Assembly: GCA_016181935.1 (NCBI GenBank)
Contig: JACOYI010000006.1
Coordinates: 1-60,005, forward strand
DNA length: 60,005 nt
Direction of reading: 5' to 3'
From: Candidatus Niyogibacteria bacterium
Lineage (GTDB): Bacteria > Patescibacteriota > Minisyncoccia > HO2-45-28
Within the stretch, counting starts at the first letter, position 1. Each line of letters begins with the position of its first letter. The notes below the pieces were generated by a model. The model had not been told where the DNA came from. It saw only the letters and a program-made list of their open reading frames with translations, and made no database searches. Of this stretch, positions 1 to 8,169 are shown in pieces. Position numbers and translations under genes: made by a program.

Positions 1-650
1 TCGCAGATCAGCATGCTGCGGTGAATACGTTCTCGAGTCTTGTACTCAGAAAGAAATGCGCTTGGCAGTTTGTCAAGTCTAGGTAGTGAAAATCTACACA
101 TGCACAAAACGCATCGTAGTGAACGGATAGGTCCTCTGCCGCGAGGCGTGGACTGAAGGATCCTAGTAGCAAACGGCAGTCCAGTAATACCGATGTGATG
201 CGACCCATGCGGTGAGTTATGGGGAAGCATCCGGATAGAATCCGCAAATCATCACTGGAATGCCCGAAATAGACCGACAAATGACCCAAGGAGATCTCAC
301 ACTAGAAAAGGAACTGATGCTAGAGAAACTGGACTGCTGGGTCTTCCAGCATCAAGCTTCCAGTTTCCAGCTCGCTAGAGTGAGAAGTCAGCAGCGTCGT
401 AGTACCATGTGTCAAGTCATGATAGGATTGGGACATGGGAAGGACAAAACCAAAAGCTGCGCAGATGAATCAAAAAACTTTTGGGCTCGCGTAGTGCGGG
501 AAATCCGCTCGCTACGTGGGGATTCGCAATGTTCCGAAAAGCGAAATCCGCCCGTCAAGTCAGGGAAGCTGGGAGCGCCCGAAGGCCGCCGTATGGCGGA
601 CGAAGGCGAGCTCGGTGACAAAGACTAAGTCGTAAAATGGCACGTAGCTA
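1..650 (+). rRNA. rrs: 16S rRNA, 3' portion (5' part lies off the window), interrupted by an insertion; 3' terminus not resolved
   Basis: 1-45 reads GCAGATCAGCATGCTGCGGTGAATACGTTC..CTTGTAC (universal 1360-1395 region). 548-557 CCGCCCGTCA and 627-635 AAGTCGTAA are the helix-44 flanks. No GGATCACCTCCTT tail found downstream. Confidence 0.85.
46..545 (+). other. ~0.5-kb insertion (putative ORF-less intron/intervening sequence) inside the 16S decoding-centre region
   Basis: About 500 nt separate TTGTAC from CCGCCCGTCA, which are 3 nt apart in normal 16S. ORFs here (260..628, 8..289) have no endonuclease-like motifs. Boundaries are good to a few nt. Confidence 0.7.
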
Positions 651-806
651 GGTCGGTCCCGCCGTTCGTTATAGCAATATAATGAGGGGCGGGAATACAA
701 GTGTTGGCCTCGGAGCTTTAACTTGAGGCTGGTGAACGGGACAAAATAAAGTATATGAGGTATACTGACTACAAACGTCGAGATTATTAGTTCTCACATA
801 TATTGT

Positions 807-962
807 ATGGATAAAGTAATGGGTCGGTGCATGAAGTGCAAAGAACAGCGTCCGATGGTGAATACGGAAGAGGTCGTGATGAAGAACGGGATGCGGGCGT
901 TGAAAGGCAAGTGCGAGAAATGCGGCACCGGCATGTACAAGATTCTCGGCAAAGCGAAGTAA
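807..962 (+). CDS. DUF5679-type small zinc-ribbon protein (51 aa, below the ORF-track cutoff)
   Basis: MDKVMGRCMKCKEQRPMVNTEEVVMKNGMRALKGKCEKCGTGMYKILGKAK. It has the CxxC...MKNG...CxxCG pattern, followed by an intrinsic terminator. Confidence 0.75.
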   Translation: MDKVMGRCMKCKEQRPMVNTEEVVMKNGMRALKGKCEKCGTGMYKILGKAK

Positions 963-975
963 TTAGAGCTCTGTC

Positions 976-1004
976 AAAAACCCCCGCGAGGGGGTTTTTG
1001 GTTT
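976..1004 (+). terminator. Rho-independent terminator
   Basis: AAAAACCCCC-GCGA-GGGGGTTTTT stem-loop followed by a T-rich tail. Confidence 0.8.
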
Positions 1005-1037
1005 GAATTAAAAGTCCCGAAGGTTACCCCGGGAACG

Positions 1038-1114
1038 TGGTGCGGCTGCTTGGATTCGAACCAAGGACCTCGTCATTATCAGTGACGCGCTCTAACCAAC
1101 TGAGCTACAGCCGC
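1038..1114 (-). tRNA. tRNA-Ile(GAT), CCA encoded
   Basis: The reverse complement folds as a 77-nt cloverleaf with anticodon loop CTGATAA and T-loop TTCGAAT. Confidence 0.92.
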
Positions 1115-1457
1115 TTGAGCCCTATTGTACCAATTTTGAGGGAATTTTCAAGGCGACAGCGAAATGACAAAGGCGTACGCTTAAACAAGCGCTCCATTCA
1201 ACGAGGGCCTCTATCTGATCCCCAATTTCTGGGATTTGAGGATTTAGATGCAAAAGCCACCCAACCCGACCGTCGCGGGTTTCGCAAGGGAAAGAGGTAT
1301 TTTTTCTTCAAACTATCCTATCAAGGTAGCAGTGTGTTGTCCATCTTATCCTCGGAGCTCCGGAGTTATCGCTGGGTGTTTCCGGACGAAGTTCATGATT
1401 TCCTCACAGAGTTGCGCCAAGAAAAAAAGTGCATGATTGAGCGGTTTATCATGCGCG

Positions 1458-2033
1458 TTAAAGACGCGCAATAATGGCAGGCAATTCCTGCCATTTTTTT
1501 ATTGCACGGAACGGGTGCGAAGCGGTTTGCACCCAAAAAGGATCGAACAGAACCCGCATCGCGACCGATGGAAGCTCGTGCAAAATCTTCAATTGGTCAT
1601 CCATGTACACGCGTATTCCGATTGTGCGCGCCACCTTGTCTTTTGCGCCCACCACGTCATGCGGGACGAAAAATATATGTTTTTCGGGAATATGGACGAG
1701 AATCTCGTGTTCTTTGAGCCATGTTCGCGCGCTTTGCTCCATGCCGCTCGCGATATCCCGCCGCGAAATGATATAGAGATCGTGGGCGGATGCCAGTTTT
1801 TCAATGGTTTCAAGCGCCCCATTCGTTGCGGGCGCAGAGACGGTCGCCGGTCCGTAGATATGCCGCTGAATCTCGCGATAGTGGGGGAGCGCCATGCGCA
1901 ATTTCATGACCGCAGACGCCGTGTCCTGCGGTTCGAGCTCGTACCCCAACTCGCGGGCTTTGTGCAATTTATTTGACGTATGGTCAATGATGACGCCGTC
2001 TAGGTCAAATCCTATGGACAGTTTTTTTGGCAT
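1458..2033 (-). CDS. HAD-superfamily 5'(3')-deoxyribonucleotidase-like phosphatase
   Basis: Start chosen at MPKKLSIGFDLDGVIID (DxDGV motif I); the ORF-track upstream extension was discarded. Confidence 0.7.
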   Translation of the reverse strand: MPKKLSIGFDLDGVIIDHTSNKLHKARELGYELEPQDTASAVMKLRMALPHYREIQRHIYGPATVSAPATNGALETIEKLASAHDLYIISRRDIASGMEQSARTWLKEHEILVHIPEKHIFFVPHDVVGAKDKVARTIGIRVYMDDQLKILHELPSVAMRVLFDPFWVQTASHPFRAIKKWQELPAIIARL

Positions 2034-2077
2034 GGTACGCTGTAAAGAGATTTTTGCATTTTTGAAAGGATGCGGCA

Positions 2078-2788
2078 ATGGATGCAACAAATAAACATGT
2101 CGATCTCGGCACAATGTTTTCCTATTTACAAGACATCGCGGAATCGCTAGAAAAAGTCACACGCTGGGATCTTCGCTCAAAAATCGGCGGGCAAACTGCC
2201 GCCGAAAACGACCTCCAACATTCATTCAAAACCGCGCTGTTCACGCTTTACTGCGCGATCGTTGAAAACGAACAACGCGCTGCGAATGAAAAATTGAATG
2301 TCGAACTTCTGGTGGTCATGGCGCTCATCCATGACATCGCGGAGATCAAAGTGGGGGATATCGCAAGTTTCAAGCGAACAAAAGGCGATCGGGAGCCGGA
2401 GTATCGGGCATTTTGCGAGATCATCGCGCCCCTGCCCGAGCCTGTTCGCAATTACATCGGTCATGCGTTTTGCCACGCGTTTCCGGGCGTTGAACAATCC
2501 ATTGAGTCACGCGAATCCCGATTTTTCAAGGTGGTCGAAATGCTCGGTTTTCTCAAGCGGGGCATTCACGAATGCCGCGCCGGAAACGTGCATTTTGCGC
2601 CAAAAAATTTTGATCGCGATGTTCCAAAACTCCTCGCCGCGGCCGAAGAGTTCCCGTCCATTCACGGACATATCCAACCGTTTCTTGCCGAAATGATGTC
2701 GCATCTTGACGCGTTCAATAGAAGCCACTCGGAATACCGTGATGCTTTCGTCCAAGCGGGCAATGACGCAGACGATTTTCCCTTCTAG
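2078..2788 (+). CDS. HD-domain phosphohydrolase (YfbR-like 5'-deoxynucleotidase family)
   Basis: LIHDIAEIKVGD HD motif; divergent from the HAD gene. Confidence 0.7.
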   Translation: MDATNKHVDLGTMFSYLQDIAESLEKVTRWDLRSKIGGQTAAENDLQHSFKTALFTLYCAIVENEQRAANEKLNVELLVVMALIHDIAEIKVGDIASFKRTKGDREPEYRAFCEIIAPLPEPVRNYIGHAFCHAFPGVEQSIESRESRFFKVVEMLGFLKRGIHECRAGNVHFAPKNFDRDVPKLLAAAEEFPSIHGHIQPFLAEMMSHLDAFNRSHSEYRDAFVQAGNDADDFPF

Positions 2789-2793
2789 GGTTC

Positions 2794-3438
2794 CTAACGG
2801 AACCCTTTTTTCTTGAGCTCGGTTTTTACGGCATCGGTAAGCGTGCGCATTGCGTGGCGGTCCTTTGCAAAATTCAACGCATCGGTTTTGATGGTCAGAA
2901 CCGGAATCTTGCTCCGATTGCGCCGAACCCACTGTTCCTGCGCCCGAATCAGCGCCTCCAAATACTGCTCTGTGACAGAACCTTCCATGGCGCGGGCGCG
3001 TCCGCGGATACGGCGCAGCAATTCCTGTGCGGATGTTTTCAAATACACGACAAGATCGGGGGCGGGGGAATGTTTCAAAACTTTTTTGTAGAGCGTATCG
3101 TATACACGGTAGTCGGATCCCGTAACCACGCGCTCGTCGTAAAGCGCGTCCATAAAACAGCGGTCCTGATAGATCGCGACGTCCAATACAACCGGACGCC
3201 GCGACAGCATTTTCTGGATCTTCATCAGCTGATTCGCTTTGTTGATGAGGAAAAAATTCTGGGAAAAAAGTCCCCAACGCCGCATATCATCATAAAAAAG
3301 CGGCAGGAAATGATTCTCCTGGAACTCCTCGGGGACCGGCTGGAACCCCAAGCGGTCGGCGACCGTTTGCATTGCGGTCGTTTTGCCCGCGCCCGTGCCG
3401 CCCAAAAACGCGATAAAGGGGTGTCGTCTTTGCTTCAT
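2794..3438 (-). CDS. Deoxynucleoside kinase family protein
   Basis: P-loop FLGGTGAGKTT and Arg-rich lid RRIRGRAR; length is typical of dNK. Confidence 0.8.
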   Translation of the reverse strand: MKQRRHPFIAFLGGTGAGKTTAMQTVADRLGFQPVPEEFQENHFLPLFYDDMRRWGLFSQNFFLINKANQLMKIQKMLSRRPVVLDVAIYQDRCFMDALYDERVVTGSDYRVYDTLYKKVLKHSPAPDLVVYLKTSAQELLRRIRGRARAMEGSVTEQYLEALIRAQEQWVRRNRSKIPVLTIKTDALNFAKDRHAMRTLTDAVKTELKKKGFR

Positions 3439-3458
3439 CTACTCTGTATAATGGATTC

Positions 3459-4427
3459 ATGGCGAAAATCAAAGTCGGCGTGTTTCGCGGAGGGCCTTCA
3501 TCCGAATATGATATTTCGCTCCGCACCGGCGCGGAAGTGCTGAAGGCACTCGATGGGACGCGCTACGAGGCGCTCGATATTTTGGTGGACAAAGCCGGTG
3601 TCTGGCATCTCCACGGCACACCCAAGGAACCGCATAAAATCTGCAATTTGATCGATGTTGCATTCAATGCGCTCCACGGCGAGTACGGGGAGGACGGTAA
3701 GATCCAGCAGATCTTTGAACGTTTCGGGGTCCCGTATACCGGCTCGGGGATCGCGGCATCCGCCGCAAGCATGCACAAGCGCACGATGCGCGACGTATTG
3801 GGGCAGGCGGGATTTCTGTTGCCGCCCGGCATCGCGGTCATGCGGGATTCGAACTGGGCGGACGCATCCGCATATGCGATCCGGCATTTGGGATTTCCGC
3901 TTATCATAAAGCCCGCATCGCGCGGTTCGTCCATCGGCGTTCGGACGGCGTCCAATGCATACGAGGCACTCGGCGCCATGGCGCATGCATTCAAGAGCGA
4001 TAATGAAATTTTGATCGAGCGGCGCATCCCGGGCCGCGAGGCGACCGGTGCCGTGCTCGAGCGATTTCGGGGCATACGGCACTATGCGTTTCCGGTGATC
4101 GAGATCGTCCCGCCGGCGGGACGGCCATTCTTTGATACCGCATGCAAATATGACGGTTCCGCCGAGGAGTTTTGTCCGGGCAGATTTTCCGACGAGATCC
4201 GCGACCGCATCCAGCGCGCTTCCATGGATGCGCACACCGCTCTCGGCTGCCGCCACTACTCGCGCTCCGATTTCATCGTCACGCCGAAAAACGAAGTTTA
4301 TATTTTAGAATTAAATACGCTCCCCGGACTCACCGACCAATCGCTCTTCCCCAAAGCCGCCGCAAGTATCGGGCTTGAGTTTCCTCAATTCGTCCATCAC
4401 GTACTTTCGCTCGCCCTTCATCGTTAA
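3459..4427 (+). CDS. ddl: D-alanine--D-alanine ligase
   Basis: MAKIKVGVFRGGPSSEYDISLRTG N-terminus and ATP-grasp body. Confidence 0.9.
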   Translation: MAKIKVGVFRGGPSSEYDISLRTGAEVLKALDGTRYEALDILVDKAGVWHLHGTPKEPHKICNLIDVAFNALHGEYGEDGKIQQIFERFGVPYTGSGIAASAASMHKRTMRDVLGQAGFLLPPGIAVMRDSNWADASAYAIRHLGFPLIIKPASRGSSIGVRTASNAYEALGAMAHAFKSDNEILIERRIPGREATGAVLERFRGIRHYAFPVIEIVPPAGRPFFDTACKYDGSAEEFCPGRFSDEIRDRIQRASMDAHTALGCRHYSRSDFIVTPKNEVYILELNTLPGLTDQSLFPKAAASIGLEFPQFVHHVLSLALHR

Positions 4428-4487
4428 AACCAGGAAGAGCGGGCTTCGCCATTGGTTATTGGTTATATTAAAAAGAAAAAACCCAAC

Positions 4488-5147
4488 CTAGGGGCCGGGT
4501 TCCTGTTTTTTTGCCTTGCGGCTCATGCTTCGCATCAATTCCTTGATCTTTGGAAAGGCCACGCGGCCGATCTGGCGAAGATGTTCCGTCCTCTGGGAAC
4601 GTAGGTCGCGGCTTAAATGTTCGATACGCGCGAGAATCTCCTCCGCTTCGTATTTTCCGCTTTTGTCCGGATATATCCGCCGGTAGATCACGCGAAACAA
4701 TGTCGCCGCCAGCATGGCAACGGCCGCGAATGCCGTATTGAAAAGGATGTCGATTGTCGTATCAGCGGAGTTTTTTTGGGCCTTTGCCAGCCATTCAAAA
4801 TAATTCGGCTGGAGCACCCAATCCCATATCAACTCGATCGCCTCCCACAAAACTCCAGAGATCGTGATGATCCCGATGATGCTCACCGACATAAAAAGTC
4901 CGCCAGCAATGTTAAAGATACCCTTAACGGAATACCGCCGGAAAAGATAAAGAAACGAAAGAGCTCCGAAAAATCCGCCGGCTGCGTGGCCGATGGCATC
5001 GAACCGCCACTGGGAATCGAAGAGTTCGGAATCCGCCCATCCCTGAGTCCAAATATAAAGATAGGTGATCCAAAAAAGCAAAAGACAGACATTCAGGGGG
5101 CGCGCTAGCTCGTAAATCAGGCGCCCTAACCGCGATTTCCGCGTCAT
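4488..5147 (-). CDS. Hypothetical multi-pass membrane protein
   Basis: Several hydrophobic segments; no recognised family. Confidence 0.55.
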   Translation of the reverse strand: MTRKSRLGRLIYELARPLNVCLLLFWITYLYIWTQGWADSELFDSQWRFDAIGHAAGGFFGALSFLYLFRRYSVKGIFNIAGGLFMSVSIIGIITISGVLWEAIELIWDWVLQPNYFEWLAKAQKNSADTTIDILFNTAFAAVAMLAATLFRVIYRRIYPDKSGKYEAEEILARIEHLSRDLRSQRTEHLRQIGRVAFPKIKELMRSMSRKAKKQEPGP

Positions 5148-5224
5148 GGCGCCCTCTCCGGAGTTGTTAAAGTTCCTTGTGACATGTCATTTTTTACTAT
5201 ATACTGACTTGCGTGCTTCGAAAA

Positions 5225-5279
5225 GGGCCTATAGTTCAGTGGTAAAACGCCGCATTTGCAATGCGGAGGCGGGAGTTCG
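5225..5279 (+). pseudogene. Truncated copy of tRNA-Cys (5' 55 nt, ends inside the T-loop)
   Basis: Identical by eye to 5582-5636, then diverges; no T-arm 3' half or acceptor 3' strand. Confidence 0.85.
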
Positions 5280-5330
5280 CCCCAGTCATCCGACGGGGCG
5301 CCCTATCGAATGATAGGGCGATTCAACAAC

Positions 5331-5591
5331 ATGTTTTATGTCTATTTGTTACAGTTGAATAATGGGGATATCTATACAGGGAGCACATCGGATTTAAAGC
5401 AGCGCCTCAAGGATCATAGTTCTGGCAAGACGGCGTCAACACGATACGGAGGACCCGTAAAACTCATCTTATACGAAGCGTATCTTTTGAAGAGCGATGC
5501 ACAACGACGAGAGAGATATCTTAAGACCACGGAAGGAAAGCGGTTCCTTAGGCAACAGATTAGAGATTATTTAAAAATCAAGGGCCTATAG
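5331..5591 (+). CDS. Small GIY-YIG nuclease-domain protein
   Basis: MFYVYLLQLNNGDIYTGSTSDLKQRLKDH...RERYLK. Visibly AT-richer than its neighbours. The last 10 nt including the TAG stop lie inside tRNA-Cys. Confidence 0.8.
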   Translation: MFYVYLLQLNNGDIYTGSTSDLKQRLKDHSSGKTASTRYGGPVKLILYEAYLLKSDAQRRERYLKTTEGKRFLRQQIRDYLKIKGL

Positions 5592-5655
5592 TTCAGTGGT
5601 AAAACGCCGCATTTGCAATGCGGAGGCGGGAGTTCGATTCTCCCTAGGTCCACCA
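5582..5655 (+). tRNA. tRNA-Cys(GCA), CCA encoded
   Basis: 74-nt cloverleaf with anticodon loop TTTGCAA and T-loop TTCGATT. Confidence 0.92.
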
Positions 5656-5701
5656 CATGATATACTGAATCGAACAGCAATTATCGGCTCATTTTTTTGA
5701 T

Positions 5702-5935
5702 ATGGCAAATGTCACCATTTATACGACCCCGACCTGCGTGTATTGCAAGATGACCAAGGAATTTTTTAAAGCGCATAATATTCAATACACGGAAAAAGAC
5801 GTGGCCGCGGATGAGGTTGCACGCAAGGAAATGTTCGAAAAATCCGGCCAAATGGGGGTTCCCGTCATTTTCATTGACGGTGAAATGATCGTCGGATTTG
5901 ATCAGAAAAAGCTTTCAGAGCTTCTCGGCGTCTAG
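5702..5935 (+). CDS. Glutaredoxin-like protein (NrdH/YruB type)
   Basis: 77 aa with a CVYC redox motif after the first beta strand. Confidence 0.8.
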   Translation: MANVTIYTTPTCVYCKMTKEFFKAHNIQYTEKDVAADEVARKEMFEKSGQMGVPVIFIDGEMIVGFDQKKLSELLGV

Positions 5936-5937
5936 CA

Positions 5938-7215
5938 ATGCTCGACATCAAATTCATCCGCGAAAACCCCGATCTCATTCAGGCGGGCGCCCGCCGCAAG
6001 CATATTGAATTTGATGTAAAGGCGCTTCTCGAGATTGATGAAATCCGCCGCAGATTGATGACGGAGATCGAAGAGCTTCGGGCAAAACAAAATAGGGCGT
6101 CCGACAACGTGGCGGCCATCACGGATGCAAGCGAGAAAGAAACCGCACTTCGTGACCTGAAAGAACTGAAGGAAGCGCTTTCAAAGAAGGGGTACGAATT
6201 CAAAAAAGTGGATGCGGAATTCGAGCGATTAATGCTCGACGTCCCCAATATTCCCGACCCGTCGGTTCCGGACGGGGAGTCGGACCGCGATAATGTGGAA
6301 GTGCGCGCATGGGGAGTCCCGGCCGCATTCGATGTTGAACCAAAAAATCATGTCGCGCTCATGGAGGCTCTCGACCTTGCGGATCTCGAGCGGGGGACGA
6401 AAGTCGCGGGATTTCGCGGATATTTTTTGAAAAATGAAGCGGCGAGCCTGTCATTGGCGCTCTGGCAATTCACCTTCGATATGTTCCGCGATGCGGGGTA
6501 TACTCCAGTATTGGCCCCCGCGCTTGTGCGCGAGGCGAACCTTGTGGGTTCCGGCCATTTTCCGCAAGCGCGCGAGGACGTATATAAAACGCAGGACGAA
6601 TTGTATTTATCGGCGACCGCGGAGATCGCCATGATGGGAATGTACGCGGATGAAATTTTACGCGAGGATGAATTGCCGAAAAAATTCCTGGCGTTTTCCC
6701 CGTGCTTCCGGCGCGAAGCGGGAGCGGCCGGCAAAGACACCAAGGGAATTTACCGCTTGCACGAATTTTTTAAGATCGAACAGCTGATCGTGAGCGTTGC
6801 CGATCATCAGGATTCCGTGCGCCTGCATGAAGAGCTCACCGCGAATGCGGAAAAAGTTTTGCAGTCGCTCAAACTGCCGTACCGCGTCGTCATCAATTGC
6901 GGAGGCGATATCGGCAGAGCGCATGTCAAAACCTATGATATTGAAGTATGGATCCCGTCGGAACGGCGATACCGCGAATCCCATTCCGCATCCTATTATC
7001 ACGATTTTCAAACGCGCCGCCTGAATACCCGTTACCGCGGGACCGATGGCAAGATCCGCTTCTGCTACTCTCTCAACAACACCGCCATTGCGACGCCCCG
7101 CATTTTAATCGCACTTCTCGAAAACTATCAGCAGGCGGATGGCTCGGTCGTGGTGCCGGACGTCCTCCAAAAGTGCACCGGATTCTCCCGTATCGAGCCT
7201 CGCCGCAGGGAGTAA
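5938..7215 (+). CDS. serS: Seryl-tRNA synthetase
   Basis: N-terminal coiled-coil arm plus class II core (FRRE, TAIATPR). Confidence 0.93.
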   Translation: MLDIKFIRENPDLIQAGARRKHIEFDVKALLEIDEIRRRLMTEIEELRAKQNRASDNVAAITDASEKETALRDLKELKEALSKKGYEFKKVDAEFERLMLDVPNIPDPSVPDGESDRDNVEVRAWGVPAAFDVEPKNHVALMEALDLADLERGTKVAGFRGYFLKNEAASLSLALWQFTFDMFRDAGYTPVLAPALVREANLVGSGHFPQAREDVYKTQDELYLSATAEIAMMGMYADEILREDELPKKFLAFSPCFRREAGAAGKDTKGIYRLHEFFKIEQLIVSVADHQDSVRLHEELTANAEKVLQSLKLPYRVVINCGGDIGRAHVKTYDIEVWIPSERRYRESHSASYYHDFQTRRLNTRYRGTDGKIRFCYSLNNTAIATPRILIALLENYQQADGSVVVPDVLQKCTGFSRIEPRRRE

Positions 7216-7229
7216 CCATTCGGACCTTT

Positions 7230-7382
7230 TAGAACTCATTTCAAAACTGTTGATCGGAACGAGCGCATGCCGCGAGTAGGATTCTCGGAGCGCGATGGCG
7301 CGAGAGTAAGCCGATTCTTCAGCAGAAGAATACGGCGTGCCTACTCGCGGCATGCGCGAGAGAGGTTTTGAAATGAGTTCTA
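7230..7382 (+). mobile_element. 153-bp MITE-like element, copy 1
   Basis: 18-nt perfect terminal inverted repeats TAGAACTCATTTCAAAAC/GTTTTGAAATGAGTTCTA plus an inner 18-nt inverted repeat. About 90% identical to the inverted copy at 29451-29603. Confidence 0.8.
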
Positions 7383-8167
7383 TTCACATCATGCGCCATT
7401 CAACACTCCAACAGACGCGCCTTCGGCATCGTCGCCACCGCCTGATGATGACGGCGGGAATGGTCGGGATCTCTCTCGCAGGGATTGCGATTGCAGGGTT
7501 TGGGGCGGATCGCTGGCTCGCGGTTCAAACGATCAACGTGCGCGGCGCTTCGGGCGTATCCGCGCCCGATATTGAACGCACGGCATGGGAGTCCATAAAG
7601 AAAAATACGATCTTTCGCCGCAATATCGTCGGAATGAACACGCGCGCGCTTCGCGTAGCACTCCTCGATCGGTTTCCGGCGATTCGGGACATCCGTACCG
7701 AGCGCGATCTCGTGTCGCGCCGGCTGATCGTGACCACAGAGGAACGAGCTCTATGGGCGGAATGGTGCAATAGCGGCGAATGTATGTATGTGGACACGAA
7801 TGGTATCGCATTCGCATTTGTGCCGCAATCTTCCTTCCTTCCTCTTTTACAAATAAATGATTCCGGCGCAGCAGCCGCCCCGCTCGGCTCCGCCGTTTAT
7901 AATTCCATTGAGATAGGCATCATCCAAACATTCATCCGCTCGGTTGAATCTCTCGGCATTGATGTTGGACGAGTTGAACGATTGCCGGAAGGCGAACTCG
8001 ATTTTATCACAAGCGCGCGATGGACGCTGATCCTTGATTCCCGAACGGATCCGGAGATCGCCGCCGCGAATCTCGCCGCGCTTGTTGCGGGGCCGCTAAA
8101 AAATCAACATTCGATCGATTACATTGATCTTCGTCTGCCCGAAAAAGCGTTCTACAAATTGCGTTGA
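7373..8167 (+). CDS. ftsQ: FtsQ/DivIB-like cell-division protein (TM + POTRA)
   Basis: TM segment then VQTINVRGASGVS POTRA-like start. The start codon is uncertain (7337, 7373 or 7391); 7373 lies in the MITE terminal repeat. Confidence 0.6.
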   Translation: MSSIHIMRHSTLQQTRLRHRRHRLMMTAGMVGISLAGIAIAGFGADRWLAVQTINVRGASGVSAPDIERTAWESIKKNTIFRRNIVGMNTRALRVALLDRFPAIRDIRTERDLVSRRLIVTTEERALWAEWCNSGECMYVDTNGIAFAFVPQSSFLPLLQINDSGAAAAPLGSAVYNSIEIGIIQTFIRSVESLGIDVGRVERLPEGELDFITSARWTLILDSRTDPEIAAANLAALVAGPLKNQHSIDYIDLRLPEKAFYKLR

Positions 8168-8169
8168 TG

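Noticed and set aside
8-628. ORFs 8..289(-), 260..628(+) and 412..621(-), considered as possible intron-encoded proteins
   Set aside because: They lie within 16S rRNA and its insertion. They have no LAGLIDADG, GIY-YIG, HNH or reverse-transcriptase/maturase motifs and have a low-complexity, Arg-rich composition. I treat them as non-coding.
1115-1457. SRP RNA, tmRNA or RNase P RNA in the spacer
   Set aside because: I found no SRP domain IV motif, no tRNA-like tmRNA end and no RNase P conserved regions on either strand. This needs a covariance-model search to be definitive.
1037-1474. 145-aa plus-strand ORF
   Set aside because: Its 5' part is antisense to tRNA-Ile, and the remainder has no protein-like features. 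A short transcript in this spacer is still possible (see findings).
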